Shown here: positions 1 through 11,500 of the stretch, piece by piece | Layout: every line of letters begins with the position of its first letter | Position numbering within the stretch: the stretch's first letter is position 1 | NCBI GenBank assembly: GCA_903813345.2 | Contig: CAIIXF020000001.1 | Coordinates: 20,460,001-20,524,000 of the forward strand | Source of the DNA: Owenia fusiformis | Taxonomy: Eukaryota | Direction: 5' to 3' | Length of the DNA: 64,000 bases | Translations under genes and position numbers: made by a program | The notes under the pieces: generated by a model | Told to the model about the DNA's origin: nothing | The model's input: the letters and a program-made list of their open reading frames with translations, nothing else | Database searches by the model: none

Positions 1-490
1 TCTCTAACTATGTCATACATCATTATCATCCTTCCGTGCAAGTATTGAAGTGCTGAAGTACTTTCTTTTCAATCAAGACTTGGAATTGTTAGCTGAGTGA
101 TAGTTTTTTCTGCCAAATTCCAATATGGCGTTTTCTGCTCGGACATTTCCATAAATCTCCGGAGGTTGTTCGAACCTCTAACTCATTCTCAAAATTCAAT
201 TCGTTTGTTGCATCATGGGCTTTCAACGAAGCCCATGGTTGCGTATCTCACTCCTAGCAAACCGCCATATTGGAAATGGGTCGAAAAAACATTCACTCGA
301 TGAACAATTTACAAGTCTTGATCGAAAAAGAAGTATTTCAGCGCTCCAATACTTGCACGGATGGATGATACTGAAGTAAGACACAGTTAGATACCAAAGG
401 TAAGCTGCTGATATTATTCATGTTTAAAGGTCACTATTATTCAGCTGTCCAGTGCACCGTGGGAAAGCTTTTGTATTGTATTGTATTTTG
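1..490. mobile_element. Partial foldback MITE, same family as 53044-53641
   Basis: 1-130 is inverted-complementary to about 260-395. The sequence is closely similar to 53164-53600. Confidence 0.75.
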
Positions 491-762
491 TTTACCACCA
501 ATGAAGGTGAGCAATACCTCTTGGGTATATCCCGCATATAACTGTCGTGATCTACGTAATTAACCTGGAAGATAGACCCGGAAACCCCTCCTTGAAGGAG
601 GGTTTGTAGAAAAAACCGGGTACCAGGTAGTAAATCCTCAATGCTGGGTTCAAACTTGGTACCCGGTCGAAAAAACCGGGTACCCAAAAAACAAAGTGTA
701 AAACGTGTAAGATTTGTTTTGAATTTACAAAAATGTATGTAACTTCCTTCAAAATTGAGCTA

Positions 763-1107
763 GAAGCTTCAAATAAAAAGCATATTTTGGGACAACTTAA
801 ATTATGATTAATAATTAAAATCTTACACGTTGCATCATGTAAATTAATACACGTCACCTCTCTGCTAAAGTAACGATAGCTATTTACAGAATTAAATCAT
901 AATCAAAACAATTCACGTACCAACATAGGAACTATTGAAAATAGAGTAAGATTGATTTGTCTTGTTTTTCAAATCATATTACAATGTCACAAGCGTAGCC
1001 AGGAGGTGCGATGGTGAGATCGCACCCCTCCCCCCATAACCAATGAAAATATGAACATGATGATAGAGGAAGAAGAGAGCCTTAAAATGCTTTTTATTTG
1101 AAGCTTC
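763..1107. mobile_element. MITE with TA TSD
   Basis: TIR GAAGCTTCAAATAAAAAGCAT; TA on both sides; absent from the opposite arm of the host element. Confidence 0.8.
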
Positions 1108-1134
1108 TACAGTAAAATTTTAAATGTTAGTAAC

Positions 1135-3070
1135 TAGTGTTGTCGCGATGTGCCATAATCGTACATCGACGCATCGGCAATTTTCAGTAGTAAACATTGA
1201 TGCACATCGCGATGTACATCGAGAAAAAGTCCGAGAAAAGTGCACTGAAATACCGAACGCTAATGCACTAAAATACCGAACAGAACAAATTAATAAGAGT
1301 ACGCTGGTACATCCGGGGACTTCTAGTAAAGGAGAAATGAAACTAAAAGTAAATCTTTTTTAGATTAATGGTTCATTTCGAAAGAAACCCAATTGAAAAA
1401 TAAAACTAATTACCAACTTATTACCAACTAATTTACAACTAATTATCAACAAATCTGCTGGCAATTGGAATTAAAGTTAAGCGTTAATTAAATCAATGAT
1501 AATTATGGCCTAATTATCAGTAGCAAGTTCAACGTAAATTAACTTACAATAATGCTGATTTATGATTTTTAGTTGATAATTAAGATATGAAATGTTTGAG
1601 GGTGATAGTTAGTGGTAAATTAAAACGTTTTTGTTCTGAAGTAGATTATTGGGTGATAGTTAACATATAGGATGATTATAATGATAATTAGTTGTAAATT
1701 AGGCCCATGATTTAGAAATACAAACCCCCTAAATTTAATTTCAAGATGGTGGAAAAAGAAAACATGTGAGAGATATTTCTCTCATAAAATTGAGAATTAC
1801 AATGTGAATGGTGCGTATACTACCATGAAATTTGGTCAACATTATTATAAGGGTATGTAGAACATGAATACAATGTATGTTAAATCTTATTCACACTTCT
1901 GTCTGAAATGTTTATGAATTTGAAAATCTTTTTGAATCAGATCATATAATATTAATCCTAGAATGCAATTTAGGTACTAACATGGGTTACCTATATTTCA
2001 CAAGTAATCCAAATGTGCTCTTCTAAATAATGATTGTTAGATCAAAGACATTTCAAAACATATTTTTGATTATATCTGTTACGTCCTTATTATGTAACAT
2101 TATAGTCTAATGTTTGTGTTCTGATTTTAGTTGTTGATGGCAATAATGATGTTTTCACATGCTTTTCATGAATCTTAAAAGTTTGCAAAATAGAATAGCT
2201 TTAAAAAAGAGGGGGAGAAACCCCAGGGTTCAAAGATGACATACGCTTATAATGTTAATCTGTATTGAGATGACATCGTCGCTGATTGGTTTAGCGAGTC
2301 GATCGTTGATTGGTTTAAAACTAGGTCAATTTGAAAACTTTGAAAACCAAGATGGAGGGTACGTTTTTGACAAAAGGAGATGTGCGAAGGAGGAAATCGT
2401 ATGTCATCAACTGAATCATGGGGGTTTCCCTCCCCTTGCTGTGAAATTTCAATAGTTCAAGTTCAATGTTGTCTGTTCTGAAAGATCCTAATTAAGATGA
2501 ATATTCCGTCACAAAATAGTTCAAGATGAAGCAAAAATCTCCGAGTGAAGGGAAACAAAAAAGAAGCAAGTCATTTTTGAGAAGTCACAAATCTGACTTA
2601 AACCTAACTTTCAACTAATTATCAATAGTAAGTTAGGTGATAATTAGAGATTAACTTACATCAAACTTACAACTAACTTTCAACTAATTTACGTAAATAG
2701 CTCATTTGCATATTGATGGTAGTTAATCGTTAATTAAGTTGCAAATTAAGCGTTAATTAAGTTGATAATTAGCTCATTTGCATGTGAATTTTTACACCTA
2801 ACTTTCAACTAATTATCAATAGTTAGTTAGGTGATAATTGGAGATGATTTTCCATAGGCTTTTTTCAATTGGGAAATCAGAAAACATTAGAAAATGAAAT
2901 AAGACATAAGAAAGGTAAGCGATTTGCGTCAAAATAAGATAAGAAAGGGTGATTTTTAGCAAATTAAATTTTTTTTAAAACATCGATGTTTTGTTTCAGA
3001 CATCGATGCATCGCCAGAATCAGCTTTGGTGATGTATATCGCGATGTATCGATTAATCGCGACAACACTA
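1135..3070. mobile_element. hAT-like non-autonomous element
   Basis: TIR TAGTGTTGTCGCGAT; perfect 8-bp TSD TTAGTAAC (1127-1134, 3071-3078); subterminal ATCGATG repeats. Confidence 0.85.
1388..2873. mobile_element. CCC-terminated TIR element (CACTA/EnSpm-like) nested in the hAT element
   Basis: TIR CCCAATTGAAAAA; AA(A) flanks; many subterminal AACTAATT/TAATTA repeats. Confidence 0.6.
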
Positions 3071-3344
3071 TTAGTAACTACTTTGAATTTAAAAAATAAG
3101 CAATCAAAGGACCATATTGAAGCAGTATATGTAAAAATAGATACATGTCCTAACTTTTGTATATTTTGGTTTGTTTTGTAGTTTAGCTATCATAGCTGTG
3201 CCCTCATATATTTTGATGCTTCTCCGCCATGTTATTTTCGGAAAAATTAACATGGCTGAAACTCCCTAAATTACAAAAGGTCACAGCTTTACTGCACATT
3301 ATACATAACTATCTGAAATATACAAAAGTTAGGACAAGTACATA

Positions 3345-4180
3345 CTGTACGCCCGGTATTATTCGCGAGCTTTAATTTCGCGAATTTTGCGAAAACACGG
3401 TTTCGCGGCTATTAAATTTCGCGAATTCTCAAGCTAAATTACTAGTAGATGTACAGTAATTGCACTTACCTGATGTCATAGTTGGATCAGATTTACAATA
3501 ACTTGGATCTTTATGATCGGCAAGCTGCATATCAACTTCTATTATCGCATCGTTAATTTCGGTCTTATTTTAAAACGAAAAAGCAGTTTGAATTCGTATT
3601 TTGTATTACATGTTGGTGCAAGGAGGATTGGCTCCCAGAGTGCAACATCGATATTCTGTCCCATATATGAGCATGTCGTGATACAAAATTCGAATTCAAG
3701 CATCCGCCATTTTGTTCACTTCAACATTTGAATCGTGAATTTTGATCTTATTTCCTCACGAAAAATTCCAAAACTCACAAGAAATGATCGAGATATTAGT
3801 TCGAATCTTTTGGACCGTTTATTTTGAATTTATAGTCGGTTATAATTTCCGAAAATAACGACATTTCGACGTTTTCATTGTTGGAAAATATCGAGTGTCG
3901 ATCCTGGGAGCCAATCCTCCTTGATGTTGGTGGAAATCATCCAATTATCGCCCAATAACACTAGACGAAACGTTTTACACAAAAAGAAATGCATGTTGTA
4001 GTTCTTCTTACAGATGTAGGAATGGAGGGATCAGAAGTTGACGAAATGCATCAGAGCCCCGGGTAAAAACAAATTCCCGGGGATTTAATTGGCAATTTCG
4101 CGACTATAATTTTTCGCGATTTTAACACCATCGCGAAAAGCGCGAAAGTTAATCGCACGCGAATAATACCGGGCGTACAG
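3345..4180. mobile_element. Tc1/mariner-type MITE family A, copy 1 (carries an insertion)
   Basis: TIR CTGTACGCCCGGTATTATTCGCG; TA TSD; three copies in the window. Confidence 0.85.
3619..3923. mobile_element. MITE with 9-bp TSD (Mutator-like or P-like)
   Basis: TIR CAAGGAGGATTGGCTCCCAG; TSD ATGTTGGTG (3610-3618, 3924-3932). The empty site is seen in the sister copy at about 11845. A related short copy lies at 6147-6275. Confidence 0.85.
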
Positions 4181-4427
4181 TATGTTTCTATTTTATATAC
4201 TGTTGCAATATAGTCATTTGATTGCTTATTTTTTAAATTCAAAGTAGTTCCTAACATTTAAAATTTTACTGTAGCTCAATTTTGAAGGAAGTTACATACA
4301 TTTTTGTAAATTCAAAACAAATCTTACACATTTTCTAATGATAAATGTTATATATTCGTATTTTTTCGTTTTTTTGGGGACTGGGTACCAATTTTGAACC
4401 CAGCATGGAGGATTTACTACCCGGTAC

Positions 4428-4987
4428 TTACTCACGTCGAGAGCTACCATGTTAGATTTTGAAAGTATAGCTCTCCATCGTGAGGATCTCCCAGCTGAAG
4501 AATTGTGACAGCTAAATTTGATCAGCGCCAGTCAGCGGCTTGCTGTTTGTCTCAAACTGTAGCCTACATATGGGCTCATATGTGTCTACTTTCCCCGTGC
4601 ATGTAGGATCGCGGATGTGCTTCTATGGCGATCAGGAGTTCTAATCGTTTTTTGTTCGATACCCATTTCCAATATGGCGGTTAAACGGAAATACTATCGA
4701 CGCATGCGCAACTTGGGAAACGTCAAGCCGCCATATTGAATATACCTGGCCAAAACTTTTGACACGACCAATAAAATGAAGTCCTGATCGATACATAGGG
4801 CAGTGAGACGTTCTATAGTTGAGCTGAATGAAAGATGGCGATGTAGGATACATTTTCAGGTATATAATGTGCAACATGAGTCCGCTGAATTCCCTGAAAT
4901 TTTCTTTGAAGTCAGGATTCTTAAGCTGTTGATTCTAGCGATAGAGAGCTATACTTTCAAAATCTAAGTAGCTCTCGACGGGAGTAA
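4428..4987. mobile_element. TTACTC-terminated MITE with 8-bp TSD
   Basis: TIR TTACTC(A/C)CGTCGAGAGCTAC; TSD CCCGGTAC (4420-4427, 4988-4995). Confidence 0.85.
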
Positions 4988-5540
4988 CCCGGTACCTGTT
5001 TTTTTCTACAAACTTCCCTGAAGTAGCCCTGTGTTCTTTTATGTGCACTAACTTATACATAGACATACAAGTACACACAACAGCCTTTTGTACGAGTTGT
5101 GGACTATTATTAAAACGCACATGGAATTTCATGCGCTGCCAGAGGCCACCATTAATTTTTTTTGCATCAAGGGCCGAATAGACACGGACGTTAAACCTAG
5201 GGCGGGCCATAAGATATGTCAGATAAGAAATAAGGCCCAGACTACGTTTAACTTGTTGAACTAGGTCTAATGTTGTTGAACTATGATCTCAGCCAGATCT
5301 GTGAGTTTTTATTTTCTTTACTGTAGATCATATGTCTGTAGTTTTCAATTATTCGACCATATGTTGGAATCAAAACTGGTTCCAATCAAACATTCAACAT
5401 ACCAAAATATGTGCACGGCCTCTTATCATCCTCAAAGTACTCAATAGTCTCCGCTAGACAGCTTGAAAGTAAACTTGCAAAAAATATCCACAAAGCCATT
5501 TTATTGACATCTCGTAAAATCTCGAATAAAATCTTGCTAA

Positions 5541-5565
5541 GATCACGTGCCGTTCAAAATGGCGT
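5541..5565 (+). promoter_or_regulatory. Candidate ALG3 proximal elements: CACGTG E-box and YY1-like AAAATGGCG overlapping the start codon
   Basis: Motif match only. Confidence 0.25.
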
Positions 5566-8500
5566 CTACTTGGAAAAAAATTCGTGGTCTGCGACCTCAA
5601 AGATTTTGGCAGTTTGTCGTTGATCCACAAGTGCCGAGTGTTGTTATGATCCTTCTTCTAGTAGCGGAATGTGTAGTGAATATTTCGGTCATACACAAAA
5701 TAAAATGTAGGCTATAATAATTTTTGTAGCAGTTGTACTCTTATATTTTAGATTTCTTTCAAATTCAATTATTTCAATAATAGGACATTCAGTCATCAAT
5801 GATTAATACAGTTCACAGGAACCTGTATCAACACCTGACAGTGACATCTATTGGTGAAGAGATAAAATGCTTAAGTGGTCGTAGAATTCGATAAATTCCT
5901 TCATGGTTTATTTTGTACCAGAAGATAACATAAAGTGGGGACCAAAAATAAACCTCAACCATCAAAAGTTGTCACAATGAGCTAAATTCTAAGTTTCGTG
6001 TCTCAAACTCTCCCATGAGGTAGGAAAATAATTCCTGTTCACTTTAAGTAGCACAATAAATGAATCCAAAGCTTCATACTTGCAAATGATGGATAAATCC
6101 CTACCAAATCGAACGAATGTTTTCATGAATCACCACGTTTGTGATTCAAGGAGGATTGACTCCCAGAATGCCGCATCAGTTAACCTTATTTACTTGTGAC
6201 AGATTCCAAAATGGGGGAACGGCATTTTGAAAGGTGACATGTGTCATGTTGCATTCTGGGAGCCAATCCACATTGTGGCGTAATAATCGGGCTCCAAAAT
6301 CACCTCAACATTTGAAGAGTCGACATTAACTTAACAATGTCCACTTCAAATTTTTAAGTTCCTATTTGTCATTATGGACACAAATTCCACTATATCTGGA
6401 CTTACTAGGACAGAGAAAATAGAGCACCAAATACACTGAGGTAAGAATTTATTTCATGTGCGACAGCATGTAATTTTCATAGCTTTTGTAATTCTTTATG
6501 TTCCCCACTGTACATAATACAGTGGGGAACATAATGACAAATAAGAACTTTAAAAAAATTTGAAGTTGATATTCACATGTTAATGCAGAAAAAACAAAAG
6601 ACCACGGGCAGTATAGCAAGTGATTTTAGACGGTCATATCTTTCACCATGAGTAAATACAGTGGTTTTTATTAAAACAATATGTTTTCCTCTCAAATGAA
6701 TTACCCATGATGATAAAAATATCAATCGAACAATTCGAAAAATTAAGAATAGGGACCCCATGTCAACATTTTTTTCAAAATATTGAACTTATTTACTCAA
6801 AAGAGGATCTCCCTTTTCTGATTTTTATTGCATGAAAATATTATTCAACAAAGGGTCTAAAACATCTTCAAAATTATAATTGTATTGAATGTCTAGTTTT
6901 GATTATATCCATTTTCGATGACCAAAATGATGCTGAAAACAATGGATAGCACGAATTTTCCCTATGGGAAAATAAGATATGTGGTTTTTAACTTTTATGC
7001 ATTTCAATACACATCCCCTTTTCAGAAATTGTTCATATAGTGTAGAAGAAACTGTTGATATGTTTAAATTGAGAAAAGGAAGATCCTATTTTTAGAAAAA
7101 AGCCTAACATTTTTAAAAAAGTGCCAGGGTGGGGCCCTAATCCATAATTTTTCAGAGAGTTGAACTGATATTTTAATATCATGGGGACTTCACTTGAAAA
7201 AGAACATATTGTTTTAATATAAACCATTGTTTTTATGGCCACAAAGTACTCATGGTGAAAGATATCAATGTCTAAAATCACTTGCCATACTGCACATGGA
7301 CCTTTTAGGGGATATGTATCAAGACAATACTGGAACCACCATGGGCTTTCGAACCACCATGTTTTTAAAATTGTGATAGAAAATCTACTACTCATTTATT
7401 TATGGTCCAAACTGTAAGATAAAACAGTTATCTGACCCTAGTCAGGCACATGGTTTACTGAACACACCTGTCTAAAGCCAAAAAAGACTTCTGTCAGCTC
7501 GATAAAGTAACACCAGGTTGTAGAAATGGTAAATACTGGCACGATTATTTTTATTGATCATTTATTTTTTCATTTGTTGATCTGTTTTAGATACCGAGAT
7601 TGACTGGGTCGCGTATATGCAGGAAGTTGAAGGTGTTGTAAATGGAACTTACGATTACATGGAACTCAAGGGGGATACTGGACCTTTAGTGTAAGTCCCT
7701 TTGACTTTTATTATAGGTGTCACACTGACCCGAAGTCGACCCAAATATCGGGTCGGAGAGCTTGGGTCTGGTCACAAACAACTTCTTACCAATTTCAGGT
7801 TGCGTCAGAACACTCAGAACTTTCATAAAATCTTTATTTTTCCTGCAAAATTTTTGGCTTACCTATTTCTTGAATATGTATAAATCATGAATGAGTATAC
7901 TGTACGCCCGGTATTATTCGCGTGCGATTAACTTTCGCGCTTTTCGCGAGGGTGTTAAAATCGCGAAAAATTATCGTCGCGAAATTGCAAATTAAATCCC
8001 CGGGAATTTGTTTTTACCCGGGGCTCTGATGCATTTCGTTTTATCTACTAGTTTGGATCGAGTTATAGTACTTCAATAGTACTGTGCAACTCCATGACTT
8101 TACTATGCGCATGCGCGGCAATGAAAGCGCACGTGCGCACGATTGTTCACGTGATCGTAGCCTGCAATTTGATTGGACATCATATACTGGGGAATCCCCG
8201 AATACGATAAAATACAGTATTCGCGAAATTTAATAGCCGCGAAACCGTGTTTTCGCAAAATTCGCGAAATTAAAGCTCGCGAATAATACCGGGCGTACAG
8301 TAGTTTGCGGTTGTTCCTAATGATTTAATTCTAAGTTTCTATCATTTTCCTTTTATCAAAGCATTATATGCAATAATGCAGACTTAAGCAGCAAGTCAAA
8401 TTGATTTTTGTGTTTTCTTCTCACTGACCTGAAATTACCCGACCCGCATATTATTTTTCTGGCCCGACCCAACCCGAAAGATATCTGGCCCGTGACACCT

Positions 8501-11500
8501 CTAATTTTTTATATCTCCACCACAAGTGGTATATATTTACAGTCAAGTTACTACTTTTGGCGTCTAACAAATGGCCGGAGATGACAGTTTGCATGTTAAT
8601 GCCTTGTTTAATAAATACAATATAAACTCATACTCATGCATTGGCAACTACATATGTTCATTTATGTTGTGTAATTTTTTTTAGCTCTTATTTACAATAT
8701 TTTATTGCTTATGATGTACGCAAAATAATAATTACAATGAATTTGTTATTTTAGGTATCCAGCTGGGTTTGTGTATATATACCTTGGCTTATACTACATC
8801 ACTGGTTATGGACAGAATATCCGACTAGCCCAGTACTTATTTGCTGGACTTTACATTGTGAATCTTCTACTAGTGTTCAGGATTTATAGAAAAGTGCAAA
8901 AGGTAAGTTAACCCAATGTATATAATTATGAAACCAAAAAAAGCTCATCAGACAGTGACACATACTTGCCTTTTTTGGCAGATTTTTGTCCTCGAAATAA
9001 GGAATAACTAGCTGTATCAGAATTGATTAGTACAAGCAGTGCATGGGCAATTGAACTGGATTAAAGTGTACAACTCTTCATGAATAATATGAATTTGAAA
9101 CTCTGCTTTCAACATTACTTGAAAGAATTCTCATTGTGGCTTTTTGTTACCTCATGATTTGTGCATTATAAAGTTGGTGAAAACTTCTTATTTTCAGAGT
9201 GTGATTTTATTTCAGTTAGATTCAAGTGACCAAACCTTTGAAATCACATTCCGATATATCAGTTTCTCTAAAGCTTGTGAGAGCCAGTATATTCCAAGAG
9301 ATGGTACTGGCTGTGGATTTCTCAATGCTGAACTTAGATCGTTCCAAAACTTCATCTTAGTGTAAAACATATCAGCCATGTCTGTCATAACCTGAATTGA
9401 ATAATTACAACAAAGATAATTTTGAAGCATTTATTATATTAAAGATTTATTTCAAAAGCAGATCAACAAACATGAACAAGAACAAGATCATTTTTGTAAG
9501 ATGTCATCACTCTCTTATATAAATATGCAAAGTCACACAAATCATTTTGACATGTTTTCTTGGGATATGCACTAGCCTGCACTTGGTTTGTGTAGTATAT
9601 CACACCTTGAGTATGCCTTCTTGTAATCAGTGTAAACTTATGTGACCTATAATACAGTAGTAATAACCACCAAAAAAACACTGCTTTAACATGATGAATT
9701 GATTATTAAACATTATGATCTACAGGGGCAGAGGCTTGCACAGCTGCTATACATCAGTAACTACATTTGGTTCAATAACCTGGTGTAATATCACATTATC
9801 TCCATTTCTTTCTCACAGTCCATATGATAAATTATAATACCAAGACTTCACAAGGTCATGTAGTTGTGACTTATCTGATCATGTAATGACATAATATGTT
9901 GGTGAAAGTACATATATCACATTATTTAGCATTAACTAAAACAGGCATTGAGGTTCCAAGCAGTTTTCTTAAAGTTCAGTAGTGAATTTTACATTATAAA
10001 ACAGTAACTATACTCTGGTGCTATAACTTTTTTTTCCTATTCTTATGAAGTTCTATTTTTATTGGTCATTGGGGATATCAAAATCTAGCAGGTTTAACTG
10101 GTTAAAGATATCAGATGTTTAGAGCAAATTTTCCTTTATTTTAATCAGTGCACTTGTGTCATATCATTCCTTGTCGTGCATCTTTTCTAAAAGTCAAAAA
10201 CTATATTAATATAATGTTTCTATATACAGCTCTATTTATTTTGTTCTCATAAAATATGCCCATTTATATTATTATTTTGGCCTAGCCGCTATAAGGTTTA
10301 ACCAATCATTGTATATCTTATTAAGACCTACCATCACTGTACATTACTTTCAAGTTTACAATCTGTACATATTCAATCTTGAATAACTTTTCCATTCGGT
10401 AAAACATCATGGTTCTTTTTTACCTCTTATATTTGAAGAACTAAATGACACATTGGTTGATGATTTTTTGTCAGATCTAATTGTGTCAACCCCTGATAAA
10501 GTATTTCTGATTCTACCAATGTGTCATCAGTCATGCATTTAGTGCTTAAATATAATTTTCTGCAATATAGTATGTAGAAAATATATATCACCTTTAGATA
10601 TTGTGTTATTAAGCCACATACTACATTTGTGATAAATATATCAAGGGGAGATTTGTCGAATTTCGACATATGGGGTTACTTCATCATGGGGCTACTTCGA
10701 CCAAGGGGTTATTTCGAGAATTGCTGATAATTCATACTTCCGGGGTCAGCCATCTTGGATTAAGATCTATCTCGCCTGTTGGAGACTTCAAATTTATTTT
10801 TTAAATTTTTCAAAAACAAACATGGCAGACTTCATGAATCGGAAATATAAGCCAATGTCGAAATAGCCCCATGATCGAAATAGCCCCATGACAAAGTAAC
10901 CCCATACGTTGAAGTTCGACGGATCTTCCCTAATCTGCAAGATTTATTATAAGTTGTACCTTACTCATAACTTCATAGTGTACACATAGAATGATTCCTC
11001 ATAAAAAATCGTGAAACTTGACATTTAACCATTTATCAAGGTCATTCATTTGCTCTACATTTTGGAGTTAATTTGATTTGAAAAACACAACAAAATTATG
11101 TGTTAGGTACAATGCATTTAACAATATACATAAGTATCTTGGATAGTGTAATATGTACAAAGCATTTGGAAATTATGATGGATTTCAGTTTTTAGGATAT
11201 TTCTTACCATCCATGTCCATTTAATACAGCTCAGTTTGCTGTAAGAACTAATTGTGCATTGTACATGTGTGTAATTATATATATATAATACATATACAGT
11301 ACGTGAAAATATCACAAAGTATTTTTTGTTTCAAAAAAGTTACAAATGGGATAACAGATCAAACAATCTTACTAAACATCAATATAAGTACTGCATTTTG
11401 AAGTCAGATCTTGAGTCTATTTTTTTCATTGACTTATAAAACTGGAGTGAAGAATTTTACACAGATTGTTTCATGTAATAATACTGCACTTTAAATAAAT

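Larger units (their letters stand above)
592..5021. mobile_element. Long-TIR foldback element hosting several nested insertions
   Basis: After removing inserts, the left arm (592-762, 1110-1134, 3079-3160) is the reverse complement of the right arm (4183-4427, 4996-5021). Termini are approximate. Confidence 0.7.

Noticed and set aside
6497..6533. Perfect 16-bp hairpin as an ncRNA or terminator
   Set aside because: It looks like back-to-back TA-CAGTGG transposon ends; there is no other RNA-gene evidence.
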